DNA of 64,000 bases from an uncultured Methanolobus sp. (GCA_963675495.1 OY776215.1:1952001-2016000), one strand, 5' to 3'. Positions 19,677 through 30,520 are shown, counted from the stretch's first letter. Made by a program: numbers and translations. Notes: generated by a model from the letters alone, not told the origin.

Positions 19677-19915
19677 CTTGGGAGAATTGCCCCATTAAAC
19701 TCTGGCATTATCCTATATATTTATTTTTTATCACGCACATTAAATAATTATACAATAGTTATGTGAAAAACGCAGCTCTCTTCGAGTAACATTCATCAAT
19801 AGTTATTTTCATAGTGCATTGCCACGTATAACTACCAATTCAATTGAAGTTTAGGCATTTTTTAATATGTATGCTTCCTTCTATGATCTGATAACTAAAG
19901 AGAAAGTATGCTATA

Positions 19916-20667
19916 ATGGATAAAACTCCACTATATATTACAATGGGGCTGTTGCTTGTCAGTGCCATCTTTGTTACTGGGGCAATAGCAGATGATGTTG
20001 CTCTTATGATAGAACCATTTGTTTCAGAGAGGTCCTTTGTAGGTGTATCGTATGCAGAAGATGTGGAAGCCATAAGTATTCCTGACATGGGGTATGATAA
20101 GCTTCAGGTGAAACCATCATATTCATACCTGCAATTGCAGCCTGGTGAAACGAGTTCAGTTTCTATCACTGTCATCAACAGGGATGACGAAGCTGTGATC
20201 ATTGCCACTATCATGGTGTTACAGCCATACACAGAGAACTATCTTGAAGAATGGGTCACAATAACACCTTCAAATGTAATGATGAAGCCCGATGAGAAAA
20301 GGGAATTTACAGTGGAGGTAGCAGTTTCCGATGCATCTATCAGGATCGAAGTGTCAACAAACCAGTATGAATATTCAAGCTACGCAGGTGGGTCTTCAAC
20401 ACAATCTCCTTCCTTTGAGCTTGTGCTTAAAATGGTAATGACGAAGCTGAACTTGAGCTTGTAAAGACCGTGAACAAAGGTTCTGTGAACTTTGGCAGTG
20501 ATGATGTGATAATGTATTCATCCAAATCATCCGCATACCAGCAATATTTAACAACTTACACTGAGGCCTATGAGGCAACCGGAGCCATCGGAGATTGGGA
20601 ACTAAGTATTCTATCCGGGAATACTGACAATGTAGAGTACAGTATCACGGTAGGTGGCAGTGAGTAA
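19916..20667 (+). pseudogene. Frameshifted secreted Ig-like protein
   Basis: ORFs 19916-20464 and 20470-20667 join by adding one A to the A4 run at 20429-20432 (ELVLK-NGNDEAELELVKTVNKG). Confidence 0.55.
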
Positions 20668-20809
20668 GGGATTCCTTCCTCTTTTTTTATTTTATGTCTT
20701 TTTTACTCTATAGTTAATGTTTTGACACATAAATCCTAAACATAATATTTTTATATAATGGAAAATATATATGATATGTACATAATCGTTTATAGATCCG
20801 AGGGGAATT

Positions 20810-20965
20810 ATGAAGGAACAAGACGAGCAAAAATTTGATGAGTTCAGGGAAATGTTCTGCAGATATATTGATACAGATGATCTATCTGAACAGGAATTCG
20901 AACTCAGATGCAATATGATAAATTTCGTTAAAAGTGCCTGTATCCAGACACTCGTTTCGTACTAA
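20810..20965 (+). CDS. Small acidic 51-aa protein (absent from the ORF track)
   Basis: GAGGGG RBS, ATG, MKEQDEQKFDEFREMFCRYIDTDDLSEQEFELRCNMINFVKSACIQTLVSY. Confidence 0.55.
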   Translation: MKEQDEQKFDEFREMFCRYIDTDDLSEQEFELRCNMINFVKSACIQTLVSY

Positions 20966-21132
20966 ACTGTGAACAGGAATCTGCTGCACATTGAGAGTTC
21001 CTGCTTGTGTTTGAAGCATTGGCTATCTAATTTTTTTTCTTATTTTCTTCAGTATTTACCTGATTTTTGAGTAATACTTATTTGCATAAACGAATCTTCT
21101 TAACTAAGGGCTACTGTCCCAGGTGTGAAAAT

Positions 21133-21543
21133 ATGCAGGGAATCAAAATATATACTGAAAAGATAGATAAGGGTGTGTTTAGGTCATCTGACGTTCCACT
21201 CGTTCTGAAAGTCTTGCGACAGGATTCAAAAAGTGGGTTGATCAAATTAACAACGGATGACGTTCACTTGTTTCAGGTGTACACATTTGCCTTGCAGCAA
21301 TTGGAACTTGTTGGAGGGACCGCTTCCTCTGAAACGCATGCTGGTGACTGGAGGCAAACGGTCGATGATCTTTTTAAACTTAAGCAGGTGATCGATGAAA
21401 TGGGGAAAAAAAATATTATCTCAAATGTTTCCTGGAATGCAGGGGGAATGGCGATATTTGATATACCTGATGCAGGATGTTACAGGGATCATATTTATTG
21501 TATGGTACGCGGGCATCTGAATAAGTTGTATGGCAGGCATTAG
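21133..21543 (+). CDS. Hypothetical protein
   Basis: ATG 21133 after AGGTG RBS, in frame with the listed ORF. Confidence 0.6.
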   Translation: MQGIKIYTEKIDKGVFRSSDVPLVLKVLRQDSKSGLIKLTTDDVHLFQVYTFALQQLELVGGTASSETHAGDWRQTVDDLFKLKQVIDEMGKKNIISNVSWNAGGMAIFDIPDAGCYRDHIYCMVRGHLNKLYGRH

Positions 21544-21757
21544 GTCTGCTTTTCCAATTATTTCTTTTGTTTTATCTCTTACTTTTTCTCAACGGGGTTT
21601 TGCTATGCTCTGTTTTTTCTCTTCATATCCATTCAAACCTCAGCAGTTATCTTTATATAGAACTGCCTGCATTTAGATTGAGCAGTACGAGTAAAAGTGC
21701 TCAATTATGACTAATATTACTCTATTATAGGATTTATGATTATTAGGAGGTTAAAAA

Positions 21758-23377
21758 TTGGCAGGACAACCTATGTACGCTTCAGGGAACAGAAGCAATA
21801 ATGGCCGTGCAAGGGATGCTCAGAGCATCAATATACTTGCAGGGAAAGCAGTTGCAAAAGCAGTAAGGACAACCCTTGGTCCAAAAGGTATGGACAAGAT
21901 GCTTGTTGATGGACTTGGAGATATAGTCATCACTAACGATGGTGCTACTATCCTCAGGGAAATGGACATCGAACACCCGGCCGCAAAGATGGTAGTTGAA
22001 GTTTCAAAGACCCAGGATGATGAGGTCGGCGATGGTACAACAACAGCAGCCGTACTTACAGGCGAGCTTCTTTCAATGGCGGAAGAGCTTATTGCAAAAG
22101 GAGTTCACCCTACAATTATTGCAGGTGGTTACAGACATGCAGCAAAGAAAGCTGTTGAGATATTGGAGACAATTACCATTAATGTGTCCAAGGACGACAG
22201 GGAAACCCTGAAGAAGCTGGCAAAGACTGCTCTCACAGGAAAAGCTGCTGGCGAGTACAAAGATTTCCTGGCTGAGATCGCTCTTGATGCTGTACTTTCT
22301 GTTTCTGAAGAAACAGATGATGGTATTGAGGTTGATGTAACTGACATCACTATCGAGAAACGTGAAGGTGGCAGTATCCTTGATTCCGAGATCATCACAG
22401 GGCTTGTAATTGATAAGGAAAGGGTCAGGCCAAATATGCCAAAGAAGATCGAGAATGCAAAGATTCTCCTTGCAAGCTTTGCAATTGAGCTTCAAAAGAT
22501 CGAGAAAACTGCAGAGATAAAGATCACATCACCTGACCAGATGCAAAACTTCGTTGATCAGGAAGAAAAAATGGTCAAGGAAATGGTAGATAAGATCATT
22601 GCAAGTGGCGCAAATGTCGTATTCTGCCAGAAGGGAATTGATGACCTTGCACAGTACTATCTTGAAAAGGCTGGTATCTATGCATGCAGAAGGATCACAA
22701 AGAGTGACCTCAAGAAGCTCGCAAAGGCAACAGGTGCAACACTTTTCCAGGATGTAACTGACATCAGACCAGCTGACCTTGGTTCTGCTGAATCTATTGA
22801 AGAAAAGAACCTCCACGGTTCAAAGATGACCTTCCTCCTTGGATGCAGGGAAGAGAAGACCGCATCAGTCATTCTTCACGGTGGTACAACGCACATAGTT
22901 GACAGTCTTCAGCGCGCTCTGAACGACGCTCTCTGTGTCATTGGTGTAGCATTGGAAGACCAGAGCATCGTTGCTGGTGGCGGTTCTCCGGAGATCGAGC
23001 TTGCGCTCAGGCTCAGGGAATATGCATCAACTCTCAAGGGCAGAGAGCAGTTGGCAGTCGCCAAGTTTGCAGAAGCACTTGAGATTATTCCTCAGACACT
23101 TGCAGAGAACGCAGGTCTTGACCCAATAGACAAACTCGTTGATCTTCGCTCACAGCACGAGCAGGGTAACAAGAACATGGGTCTTGATGTATTCACCGGA
23201 AAGGTTGTAGACATGTACGAGAACGATGTCCTTGAACCACTCAGGATAAAGACCCAGGCAATAAATGCAGCAACTGAAGCAACAGTAATGATTCTCAGGA
23301 TCGATGATGTTGTAGCTTCAAGAGGCAGTGGAGGCCCAATGCCACCAGGTATGCCACAGCCTGATATGGATATGTAA
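21758..23377 (+). CDS. Thermosome (group II chaperonin) subunit
   Basis: [21 protein letters not shown]; AGGAGG RBS. Confidence 0.97.
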   Translation: MAGQPMYASGNRSNNGRARDAQSINILAGKAVAKAVRTTLGPKGMDKMLVDGLGDIVITNDGATILREMDIEHPAAKMVVEVSKTQDDEVGDGTTTAAVLTGELLSMAEELIAKGVHPTIIAGGYRHAAKKAVEILETITINVSKDDRETLKKLAKTALTGKAAGEYKDFLAEIALDAVLSVSEETDDGIEVDVTDITIEKREGGSILDSEIITGLVIDKERVRPNMPKKIENAKILLASFAIELQKIEKTAEIKITSPDQMQNFVDQEEKMVKEMVDKIIASGANVVFCQKGIDDLAQYYLEKAGIYACRRITKSDLKKLAKATGATLFQDVTDIRPADLGSAESIEEKNLHGSKMTFLLGCREEKTASVILHGGTTHIVDSLQRALNDALCVIGVALEDQSIVAGGGSPEIELALRLREYASTLKGREQLAVAKFAEALEIIPQTLAENAGLDPIDKLVDLRSQHEQGNKNMGLDVFTGKVVDMYENDVLEPLRIKTQAINAATEATVMILRIDDVVASRGSGGPMPPGMPQPDMDM

Positions 23378-23389
23378 AAATTCTTTTAA

Positions 23390-23408
23390 GTGCAGGTTCT
23401 CCCTGCAC
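23390..23408 (+). terminator. Hairpin plus T-tract after thermosome gene
   Basis: GTGCAGG-TTCTC-CCTGCAC followed by a T-run. Confidence 0.45.
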
Positions 23409-23473
23409 ACTATTATCTTTTTTTATCTATATATTATCACTTTGTTTAGCTCAATGGATAAGGATTATATAAT

Positions 23474-23506
23474 TTGTAAACCACTAATCTATAAAACGGT
23501 TGACAA
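23474..23506. promoter_or_regulatory. BirA-type biotin operator
   Basis: TTGTAAACC-N15-GGTTGACAA upstream of bioY. Confidence 0.8.
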
Positions 23507-23583
23507 TATTATGTCTGCCCGGATATCTGTTAAAACGAGATTTTCACATATGTAGCATTCTCAAAAAAGGATGGTGACTTTTT

Positions 23584-24126
23584 GTGGTAGACAATGTATA
23601 TTCTCATAATGACAACATTAGAAAAATGGTCTTTGCATCCCTGTTTGCTGCTATGATGGCAGTTGGCGCCTACATTAAGATCCCTGTTCCTGTTAGTCCT
23701 GTTCCAATAACTTTGCAGACTCTTTTCATATTGCTTGCAGGAGCAATTCTGGGAGCCAGGTGGGGAACAATAAGTGTAATAGTCTACCTGCTTTTGGGAA
23801 TTGCAGGTCTTCCTGTATTTTCTGGTGGCAGTTCCGGACTGGGCATGTTTTTCGGACCAACCGGTGGTTATCTCATAGGCTTTATATTCGGTGCTTTTGT
23901 AATTGGATCTCTTTGTGACCGATATGGCCGGGACAATGTGTATCTAAATATGCTGTTCATGCTGTCAGGATTGTTTGCTATATACCTGTTCGGCGTTTTG
24001 CAGCTAATGAATGTTGCAAGTCTCTCTTTTCCGGAGGCTATAGCACTTGGTCTTATTCCCTACATCCCCGGAGCCATCGTTAAAATAATTGCATCATCGA
24101 TCATAGCTTCCAGATACTCTATCTAA
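23584..24126 (+). CDS. bioY: Biotin ECF S-component BioY
   Basis: PVPITLQT, GLPVFSGG, GPTGGYLIGF. Confidence 0.95.
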   Translation: MVDNVYSHNDNIRKMVFASLFAAMMAVGAYIKIPVPVSPVPITLQTLFILLAGAILGARWGTISVIVYLLLGIAGLPVFSGGSSGLGMFFGPTGGYLIGFIFGAFVIGSLCDRYGRDNVYLNMLFMLSGLFAIYLFGVLQLMNVASLSFPEAIALGLIPYIPGAIVKIIASSIIASRYSI

Positions 24127-24134
24127 AGGGTTAC

Positions 24135-24950
24135 ATGATTCACATAAACAATCTGGATTATAGTTATCCTGACGGCACACAGGTACTTGATTCAATTTCT
24201 TTGAATATTCGCAAAGGAGAATTCGTAGCCATAGCAGGTAAGAATGGCTCTGGTAAATCAACACTCTTACGTCACATGAATGGTCTTCTTCTTCCCACGG
24301 AAGGTTCTGTTATCGTGAATGAAATGGATACCACTGATCCTTCATACATTCTGGATATACGTCAGATGGCGGGTATGGTCTTTCAGGACCCACAGTCACA
24401 GTTTATAGGAATGACTGTGGAAGAGGATATTGCATTTGGCCCTGAGAATCTTGGTCTTGCGCAGGAAGATATACGTGATCGTGTGGATAGGGCACTTCAG
24501 GATGTTGGCATGCAGGAGTACAAAAATCATACTTCAAGAGCATTAAGTGGTGGTCAAAAACAGAAAGTTGCATTGGCCTCTGTTCTAGCCATGGAACCTG
24601 AAATTGTATTATTTGATGAGGTGACTTCCATGTTGGACCCCAAGTCCCGAAAGGACATTCTGCACCTGATAACACAATTGAATGAAAAAGGAACTACTGT
24701 TGTATATGTAACCCATCGCCTTGAAGAGCTTGTCCATGCAGACCGTTTATTAGTAATGGAAAATGGTAGCATCACACATAATGGCAATCCACGTATAATT
24801 TTAAGCCAGATGGATTCCATGAATTTTGGTTTTGAGCTCCCGCCTATAATTGAGCTGGCAAAAAAGCTTTTTGATTCCGGTTTTATAGACCCGGCCTGTT
24901 TTCCACTTTCCCGGGAAGAACTCATGGAGGCTTTATGTCAATTGATGTAA
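24135..24950 (+). CDS. ecfA1: ECF transporter ATPase A
   Basis: GKNGSGKST, FQDP, LSGGQKQ. Confidence 0.9.
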   Translation: MIHINNLDYSYPDGTQVLDSISLNIRKGEFVAIAGKNGSGKSTLLRHMNGLLLPTEGSVIVNEMDTTDPSYILDIRQMAGMVFQDPQSQFIGMTVEEDIAFGPENLGLAQEDIRDRVDRALQDVGMQEYKNHTSRALSGGQKQKVALASVLAMEPEIVLFDEVTSMLDPKSRKDILHLITQLNEKGTTVVYVTHRLEELVHADRLLVMENGSITHNGNPRIILSQMDSMNFGFELPPIIELAKKLFDSGFIDPACFPLSREELMEALCQLM

Positions 24951-25753
24951 AGAATGTGAGTTTCGGATATAACAGCGGAACATCACTCGAAAAAAAGGCA
25001 TTGGATAACGTAAGTTTATCTATTGAAAAAGGAGAGTTCGTTCTTATAGCGGGTGAAGTAGGGTCTGGCAAATCAACTCTTATAAGGCACTTTAACGGTC
25101 TTCTCAAACCCCATTCAGGTTTGGTAACAGTGAGTGGAATAGAATCCAAAAATAAGGAAGTACGTTCAATAGCAGGTCTTTTGATGCAATATCCTCAAAA
25201 GCAACTCTTCGGAAAGACTGTTTTTGAAGATGTTTCTTTTGGACCATCTAATTTCGGATTAAAAGGTGAGGCTCTGGATCAAAGGGTAAGTGATGCCTTG
25301 AATCTGGTTGGTCTGGATACGGACATTTCTAAACTTTCACCTTTTGCTCTAAGCGGTGGCCAGATGCGTTTGGTAGCACTGGCAGGAGTAATGGCCATGA
25401 AACCAGAGTACCTGATTCTGGATGAACCCACTTCAGGTCTTGATCCCAAGAACCGTTCATCATTACTTTCAACACTGAACAAACTTCATAGTTCTGGTAC
25501 TTCCATTATTGTCGTTTCACATCAGATATGTGAACTTCTTCCACTTGTTGGAAAAGTGATTCTTCTTAAAAATGGTAAAGTATCTTTCACTGGTACTCCT
25601 GAAGAATACCTGAAATCAGTTTCATCCCCTTTGCCTGAGATAACTCTCCTTATGAAAGAGCTTAATCTGGCAGGTTTCAATGTACAAGAAGATATTTTCA
25701 CAGTAGATGATGCTTTTAGGGAGATAAGCAATGAACTGGAAAAAAGGGAGTAA
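24935..25753 (+). CDS. ecfA2: ECF transporter ATPase A'
   Basis: GEVGSGKST, QYPQKQLF, PFALSGGQMR, LDEPT. Confidence 0.9.
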   Translation: MSIDVKNVSFGYNSGTSLEKKALDNVSLSIEKGEFVLIAGEVGSGKSTLIRHFNGLLKPHSGLVTVSGIESKNKEVRSIAGLLMQYPQKQLFGKTVFEDVSFGPSNFGLKGEALDQRVSDALNLVGLDTDISKLSPFALSGGQMRLVALAGVMAMKPEYLILDEPTSGLDPKNRSSLLSTLNKLHSSGTSIIVVSHQICELLPLVGKVILLKNGKVSFTGTPEEYLKSVSSPLPEITLLMKELNLAGFNVQEDIFTVDDAFREISNELEKRE

Positions 25754-25759
25754 ATCAGG

Positions 25760-26533
25760 ATGAATAATCTCTTTTTGTCATTCGTTCCCGGCAGTTCCAT
25801 TCTTCACAGGCTCGATCCGAGAACAAAGATAATCGGTCTTATGCTTGCAAGTATCTGCATTCTTGAAGCTTCATCTTTTGTAGAGATGGTGTTAATAACT
25901 TTTGTTTTTTCAAGTCTGGTTATTGCCTGCAAGCTGCCACTAATGCACTTTGCCCGCTCAGTACGCCCTATGATCTTCTTTTTTGCTATCCTTTTCATTA
26001 CCCAACTGCTTTTTACGGAAGGAACCATAATGTATCGATTCAAATGGATATCGGTGAGCTATGAGGGTCTGGTGCTGGGTAGTATCATTACGCTGCGGTT
26101 TATTTTCTTGCTACTTTTTGCGGCCTTGCTCACAGCGACCACATCATCATCAAGGATTACAGTAGCTATTGAAAGACTTCTTCGTCCGCTACCAATTAGG
26201 TATGCCGGTATTTCTTCCCATGACCTTGCCATTATGATGTCCCTGTCTATCTATTTTGTACCGTTGCTGTATGATAATTTCAGAAGCCTGAAGGAAGCAC
26301 AGCTTTCCCGTGGATTGAATATCAAAAAAGCACCTGTAAAAGCTATATTTTCTCTTTCTGTTCCACTTGTGAGTTCTTCTGTACGTAGGGTTGAAGAGGT
26401 GGCGTCGGCAATGGAAAGCCGTTGCTACAAAAGTGTAGGACGTACATCTATTCATGTAATGGAAATTACAAAAGTTGATTATCTTTTCTTTTTTTTGTAT
26501 TCAACAATTTTCATTTTTTGTATTGTGCTCTGA
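25760..26533 (+). CDS. ecfT: ECF transporter T component
   Basis: HRLDPRTK, AQLSRG, AMESRCY. Confidence 0.9.
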   Translation: MNNLFLSFVPGSSILHRLDPRTKIIGLMLASICILEASSFVEMVLITFVFSSLVIACKLPLMHFARSVRPMIFFFAILFITQLLFTEGTIMYRFKWISVSYEGLVLGSIITLRFIFLLLFAALLTATTSSSRITVAIERLLRPLPIRYAGISSHDLAIMMSLSIYFVPLLYDNFRSLKEAQLSRGLNIKKAPVKAIFSLSVPLVSSSVRRVEEVASAMESRCYKSVGRTSIHVMEITKVDYLFFFLYSTIFIFCIVL

Positions 26534-26550
26534 TTGCAGGAACAAGTTGA

Positions 26551-26572
26551 TATATGAACAAGTGTTCATATA
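26551..26572. promoter_or_regulatory. SmtB/CzrA-type ArsR operator
   Basis: Perfect inverted repeat TATATGAACA-AG-TGTTCATATA ending 3 nt before the ArsR start codon. Confidence 0.85.
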
Positions 26573-26575
26573 TTC

Positions 26576-26926
26576 ATGGGATGTATGGATCATATCTGTG
26601 CAGATGGCCAATCCATCAATGAAAAAGTTAAGAAATTACCCTCCGAAGAGTCGATATCTTCCATGTGCCAGATATTCAATGTCCTTCAATGTACCACCCG
26701 CCTGAAGATACTGTTTCTTTTGCTACAGGGGGAGCTGTGCGTTAAAGGTATAGAGGAAGTACTTGGGATCTCACAGTCGGCAATTTCCCATAGCCTGAGA
26801 AATCTCCGGCAACTTGACCTTGTTAGAGTAAAAAAAGAAGGTAGGTTCAAAGTTTATTATCTGGCAGACGAGCATGTTGAACAATTCATGTCTATGTGCA
26901 GAGAACATGTGGAGGAATCTAAATAA
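26576..26926 (+). CDS. ArsR/SmtB metal-sensing repressor
   Basis: ELCV, SQSAISHSLRNLR, YYLADEHV...EH. Confidence 0.92.
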   Translation: MGCMDHICADGQSINEKVKKLPSEESISSMCQIFNVLQCTTRLKILFLLLQGELCVKGIEEVLGISQSAISHSLRNLRQLDLVRVKKEGRFKVYYLADEHVEQFMSMCREHVEESK

Positions 26927-28032
26927 TGGCGTTGTCTGAATTTCTGTTAAAGTTCGTCACAGGGGTTGCAATAGAGTCATGGGGTCTTTTTGAGGAAGCT
27001 GCACCATATCTCTTTTTGGGATTTGCAGTCGCAGGTCTTTTGCATGCACTTGTCCCGGATGAAAAAATACTGAAATATCTTGGCAAATCAGCAGGAAAAA
27101 TCAGGTCCGCTCTGAACGCATCACTGCTTGGAATTCCTCTACCACTATGTTCATGTGGTGTGGTTCCAACTGCACTATCATTGAAGAACAGGGGTGCTAC
27201 CAAAGGGGCAACTCTTTCTTTTTTAATATCCACCCCTGAAACAGGAGTGGATTCAATAGCAATCACATATGCATTGCTGGATCCCATAATGACGGTTTTT
27301 CGTCCGATTGCCAGTATGACAACTGCGTTACTTACTGGAATTGCAGAAAATATAATGGGTGGGACAAAGAAAGAATCTGCTAAAAAGGAAAATGTTCTAA
27401 TGATGCAGCCAATGGCCGTCTGCAATGATTCATCATGTTCATGTGGCACAGACGTGGTCCTGGATGAAGGTGTTTCAACTTTTCGCAAGTTGCAGGAAGC
27501 TTTTAGATACTCTTTCGTTGAACTTCTTGGGGATATTTCCGGATGGTTAATGATAGGTATCCTGTTTGCAGGGATCATATCCTATGTTATTCCTGAGGAA
27601 CTGGTGGGCAATTATCTCGGAGGCGGTGTTTTCTCCATGCTTATCGTTCTGGTTGTAGGTATTCCACTCTATATCTGTGCAACGGCTTCAACACCACTTG
27701 CCGCTGCTCTGGTTTCAAAAGGAATGAGCCCCGGGACCGCTTTTGTATTCCTGCTTGCCGGACCTGCTACAAATGCAGCAACTATCACAATGGTGGCAAA
27801 ATTTCTCGGGAAAAGAAGTGCAACTCTCTATCTTGGAATGATAGCATTGTGCTCACTGGCATTCGGACTTCTTCTCGATGCTATCTATTTAAAACTGGGT
27901 ATTGAGCTAAGTTCAATTGTCGGTAGCGCAAGCGATGTACTGGCTCCCGGGATTAAAACAATGTTTGCACTATTATTGATACCTTTCATACTTCATGGTA
28001 TATACAAACAAAGGAAGTCAAAACAAGGATAA
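26926..28032 (+). CDS. DUF318/ArsP-family metal efflux permease (SO_0444-like)
   Basis: PLPLCSCGVVP, PETGVD, PLYICATAS, AGPATN. Confidence 0.88.
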   Translation: MALSEFLLKFVTGVAIESWGLFEEAAPYLFLGFAVAGLLHALVPDEKILKYLGKSAGKIRSALNASLLGIPLPLCSCGVVPTALSLKNRGATKGATLSFLISTPETGVDSIAITYALLDPIMTVFRPIASMTTALLTGIAENIMGGTKKESAKKENVLMMQPMAVCNDSSCSCGTDVVLDEGVSTFRKLQEAFRYSFVELLGDISGWLMIGILFAGIISYVIPEELVGNYLGGGVFSMLIVLVVGIPLYICATASTPLAAALVSKGMSPGTAFVFLLAGPATNAATITMVAKFLGKRSATLYLGMIALCSLAFGLLLDAIYLKLGIELSSIVGSASDVLAPGIKTMFALLLIPFILHGIYKQRKSKQG

Positions 28033-28039
28033 ACGTCTG

Positions 28040-28252
28040 TCATTTTTTGTGGAGCTCTCTTGAGAGAATTTCTGCCATTTTCTCTTTGAACTCATCGATA
28101 ACTATGTTTTCCTGATCTTCAAAAATGGATTGAACTTTTTCAGGCATTTCTACATTCGTATTTTCCTGAGCAGGTATGCTGACTATTTTTCCAAGAGTGT
28201 TGCCGGTTTTAATTTTACTGTTATCCCACGAGAAATCTTCTGTTTCAGGCAT
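28040..28252 (-). CDS. Hypothetical protein
   Basis: 70-aa ORF preceded by AAGGTGG RBS. Confidence 0.5.
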   Translation of the reverse strand: MPETEDFSWDNSKIKTGNTLGKIVSIPAQENTNVEMPEKVQSIFEDQENIVIDEFKEKMAEILSRELHKK

Positions 28253-28359
28253 AGCGTTTCCACCTTGAAATTATGTGTATTGGATTAATTCACTACTTTT
28301 ACATGAACCTCAAAAGTATATACTGGTTTTGAGTGCTATATTCATAAAATAAGCAGTTT

Positions 28360-28908
28360 CTAGTCCCTTTTTGTCTCTTTACCAATAAGAACTTCTGTGG
28401 ACTTGATTATTGCAAATATCCGGTCTCCTTCTTTGATGGCAAGTCTCTCCACTGCTTCGGATGTGATGATGGATGTAAGTGCCGATGGATCTATCTCTAT
28501 CTTAACCTTTGATACAAGTCCTTCTCTTTCTATACCTGTTACTCTTCCGGGAATCTTGTTACGTGCGGATATGGACAGTCCTATGTTCTCCCATGAGCCT
28601 TCATCTTCCATTGTGTTGTCAATGAAATTCCTGTTCATTTCATACTCACTGATGAGCCTGCGGCCTTCATCTGTGAGGAATGTTCCCTGATTTTTTCCTC
28701 CCCTTACGGTGGTAACTACATCTTTTCCAAGCCTTTCATTGATCTTATTCAGCACATTCCAGGCGTGTTTGTAGGATATTTCCATCTTCGAACAGGCTTT
28801 TCTAAGTGACCTTTCTTCATCTATAGCTTTGAGAAGTGCAACCTTACCTTCTCCGATGATAGGTTTCCCATCTTCTGCAAGCCATACCTTTGTTTTTGCT
28901 TCCATCAT
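28360..28908 (-). CDS. modE: ModE-like regulator (wHTH plus TOBE)
   Basis: LLKAIDEERSLRKAC..MEISYKHAW, RGG..GTFLT, ISARNKIPG; ATG 28908. Confidence 0.85.
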   Translation of the reverse strand: MMEAKTKVWLAEDGKPIIGEGKVALLKAIDEERSLRKACSKMEISYKHAWNVLNKINERLGKDVVTTVRGGKNQGTFLTDEGRRLISEYEMNRNFIDNTMEDEGSWENIGLSISARNKIPGRVTGIEREGLVSKVKIEIDPSALTSIITSEAVERLAIKEGDRIFAIIKSTEVLIGKETKRD

Positions 28909-28918
28909 TCTCTCCCGT

Positions 28919-29125
28919 TCACTCAAGATCCGATTCATCGAAGATGAACAGCTCATTAATCGTTGTTTCAAGGGCTTTTGCGACCTTATATGCAAGTTTA
29001 AGTGAGGGATTATATTTCCCTTTTTCCAGAAAACCAATGGTTTCACGCCTGACACCAACTTTGTTAGCAAGGTCCTCCTGGGTCAGGTCATATCTGGCTC
29101 TAAGTTCCTTGATCCTTGTTTTCAT
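28919..29125 (-). CDS. XRE/Cro HTH regulator
   Basis: [32 protein letters not shown]. Confidence 0.92.
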   Translation of the reverse strand: MKTRIKELRARYDLTQEDLANKVGVRRETIGFLEKGKYNPSLKLAYKVAKALETTINELFIFDESDLE

Positions 29126-29149
29126 TTGATCATCCCTGCACATTGTTAT

Positions 29150-29545
29150 TTATTCCACATCCCCCTTCCTGAAGAGATACCACTGGATACCTTTTGCGGT
29201 GACGATCATTGTGAACATGAGGATTGCCAGTATCTGCTTGACGGTCATTTGGGCTATCCCAAATTCTTCAACCCAGAAAAGCAGTGCTATCAAAATAAAT
29301 GTTATCAACCATGAGTATGACAGTCCGTAAGCTCCTATTTTTATCGTTCTTTCATCTTTCACAGGTCCATTGCGATATCGTTTTGCTCTAATGAATGTGA
29401 CAAAGAGAATGATAGCTCCGATATTTATGAGGCTGATACCGCTCTGCTGATAGTCTGCAAACATCGCAACAATTATGATTCCTGCCATGATGAGTACAAA
29501 GGCCAGTGTGTAACTGAGCTTGATGTATTTTTCCAGTTTTTCCAT
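29150..29545 (-). CDS. DUF2178-like membrane protein
   Basis: Four TM helices with DERT motif, paired with the XRE regulator. Confidence 0.7.
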   Translation of the reverse strand: MEKLEKYIKLSYTLAFVLIMAGIIIVAMFADYQQSGISLINIGAIILFVTFIRAKRYRNGPVKDERTIKIGAYGLSYSWLITFILIALLFWVEEFGIAQMTVKQILAILMFTMIVTAKGIQWYLFRKGDVE

Positions 29546-29592
29546 ATAACCACTTTAAATTTAATTCTAACATTATATTAGGTATTTATCTT

Positions 29593-29618
29593 ATTATGTT
29601 ATGTATATCTAACATAAT
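29593..29618. promoter_or_regulatory. Palindromic operator, probably for the XRE regulator
   Basis: ATTATGTTA-N8-TAACATAAT in the divergent promoter region. Confidence 0.55.
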
Positions 29619-29728
29619 GTATTTAAAATTATGTTTCACCCGGCAACTGGAAAATTATTTATCCTGTAGTTTCCCCATATAATAGATTGTCAGTTTTATC
29701 GTCATAGACATTCAAACAGGTGGGGATC

Positions 29729-30346
29729 ATGAAAATCAATGTTATTTTTTACAGTTTGTACGGCCACAACCATAAAATGGCTGAAGCAGTGGCGCAAGGT
29801 GCCAGGGAAGTGGAAAGTGCAGACGTGGGCCTATACCAGATCCAGGAAACCTTCACACCGGATATCCTGGAAAAAATGGGGGCAACAGAGTCTAAAAAGA
29901 GCTTCGAGCACATCCCCGTTGCAAGCATCGAGAATCTCACTGAAGCAGATGCCATCATTTTTGGTACGCCAACAAGGTTCGGAATGATGACTGCACAGAT
30001 GCGTGCTTTTCTTGACATGACAGGGGGCATCTGGTCAAAGGGTGAGCTCATCGGCAAAGTTGGCAGTGTTTTCACATCGAGCAGCACCCAGCATGGCGGA
30101 CAGGAGTCGACAATACTGAGTTTCCACGCAACCCTGCTGCACCATGGTATGATAATAGTTGGTGTTCCGTATTCAGAAACACGGCAATCTGTTCTCACTG
30201 AGATAACAGGTGGGAGTCCCTATGGTGCTTCGACAGTTGCGGGTAGTGGGCCGGATGAAAGGCATCCCAGTGAGAATGAACTTGGGATTGCGAGGTTTCA
30301 GGGCAGGCATGTAGCGGAGATTGCTAAAAAGTTGGTAGGGGAGTAA
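29729..30346 (+). CDS. wrbA: NAD(P)H:quinone oxidoreductase WrbA
   Basis: [29 protein letters not shown]. Confidence 0.95.
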   Translation: MKINVIFYSLYGHNHKMAEAVAQGAREVESADVGLYQIQETFTPDILEKMGATESKKSFEHIPVASIENLTEADAIIFGTPTRFGMMTAQMRAFLDMTGGIWSKGELIGKVGSVFTSSSTQHGGQESTILSFHATLLHHGMIIVGVPYSETRQSVLTEITGGSPYGASTVAGSGPDERHPSENELGIARFQGRHVAEIAKKLVGE

Positions 30347-30520
30347 ACCAATCTCAAAACCCGCAATCTTTTCTTTTTTTGTAATTTATCCTTGATTTAA
30401 TAACCTAATTGCTTCGCCTTCTATAACTTCGAACATCTTTGAAGTTTAAGCAAAGTATATACAGTTCTATTCCTAAATCTGTTATAAGAACCAATTATTT
30501 ACAAATCTGGAGTGGTAAAG

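Noticed and set aside
28909-29070. 236-aa long form of ModE
   Set aside because: The extension lies inside the XRE gene in another frame; ModE similarity starts at 28908
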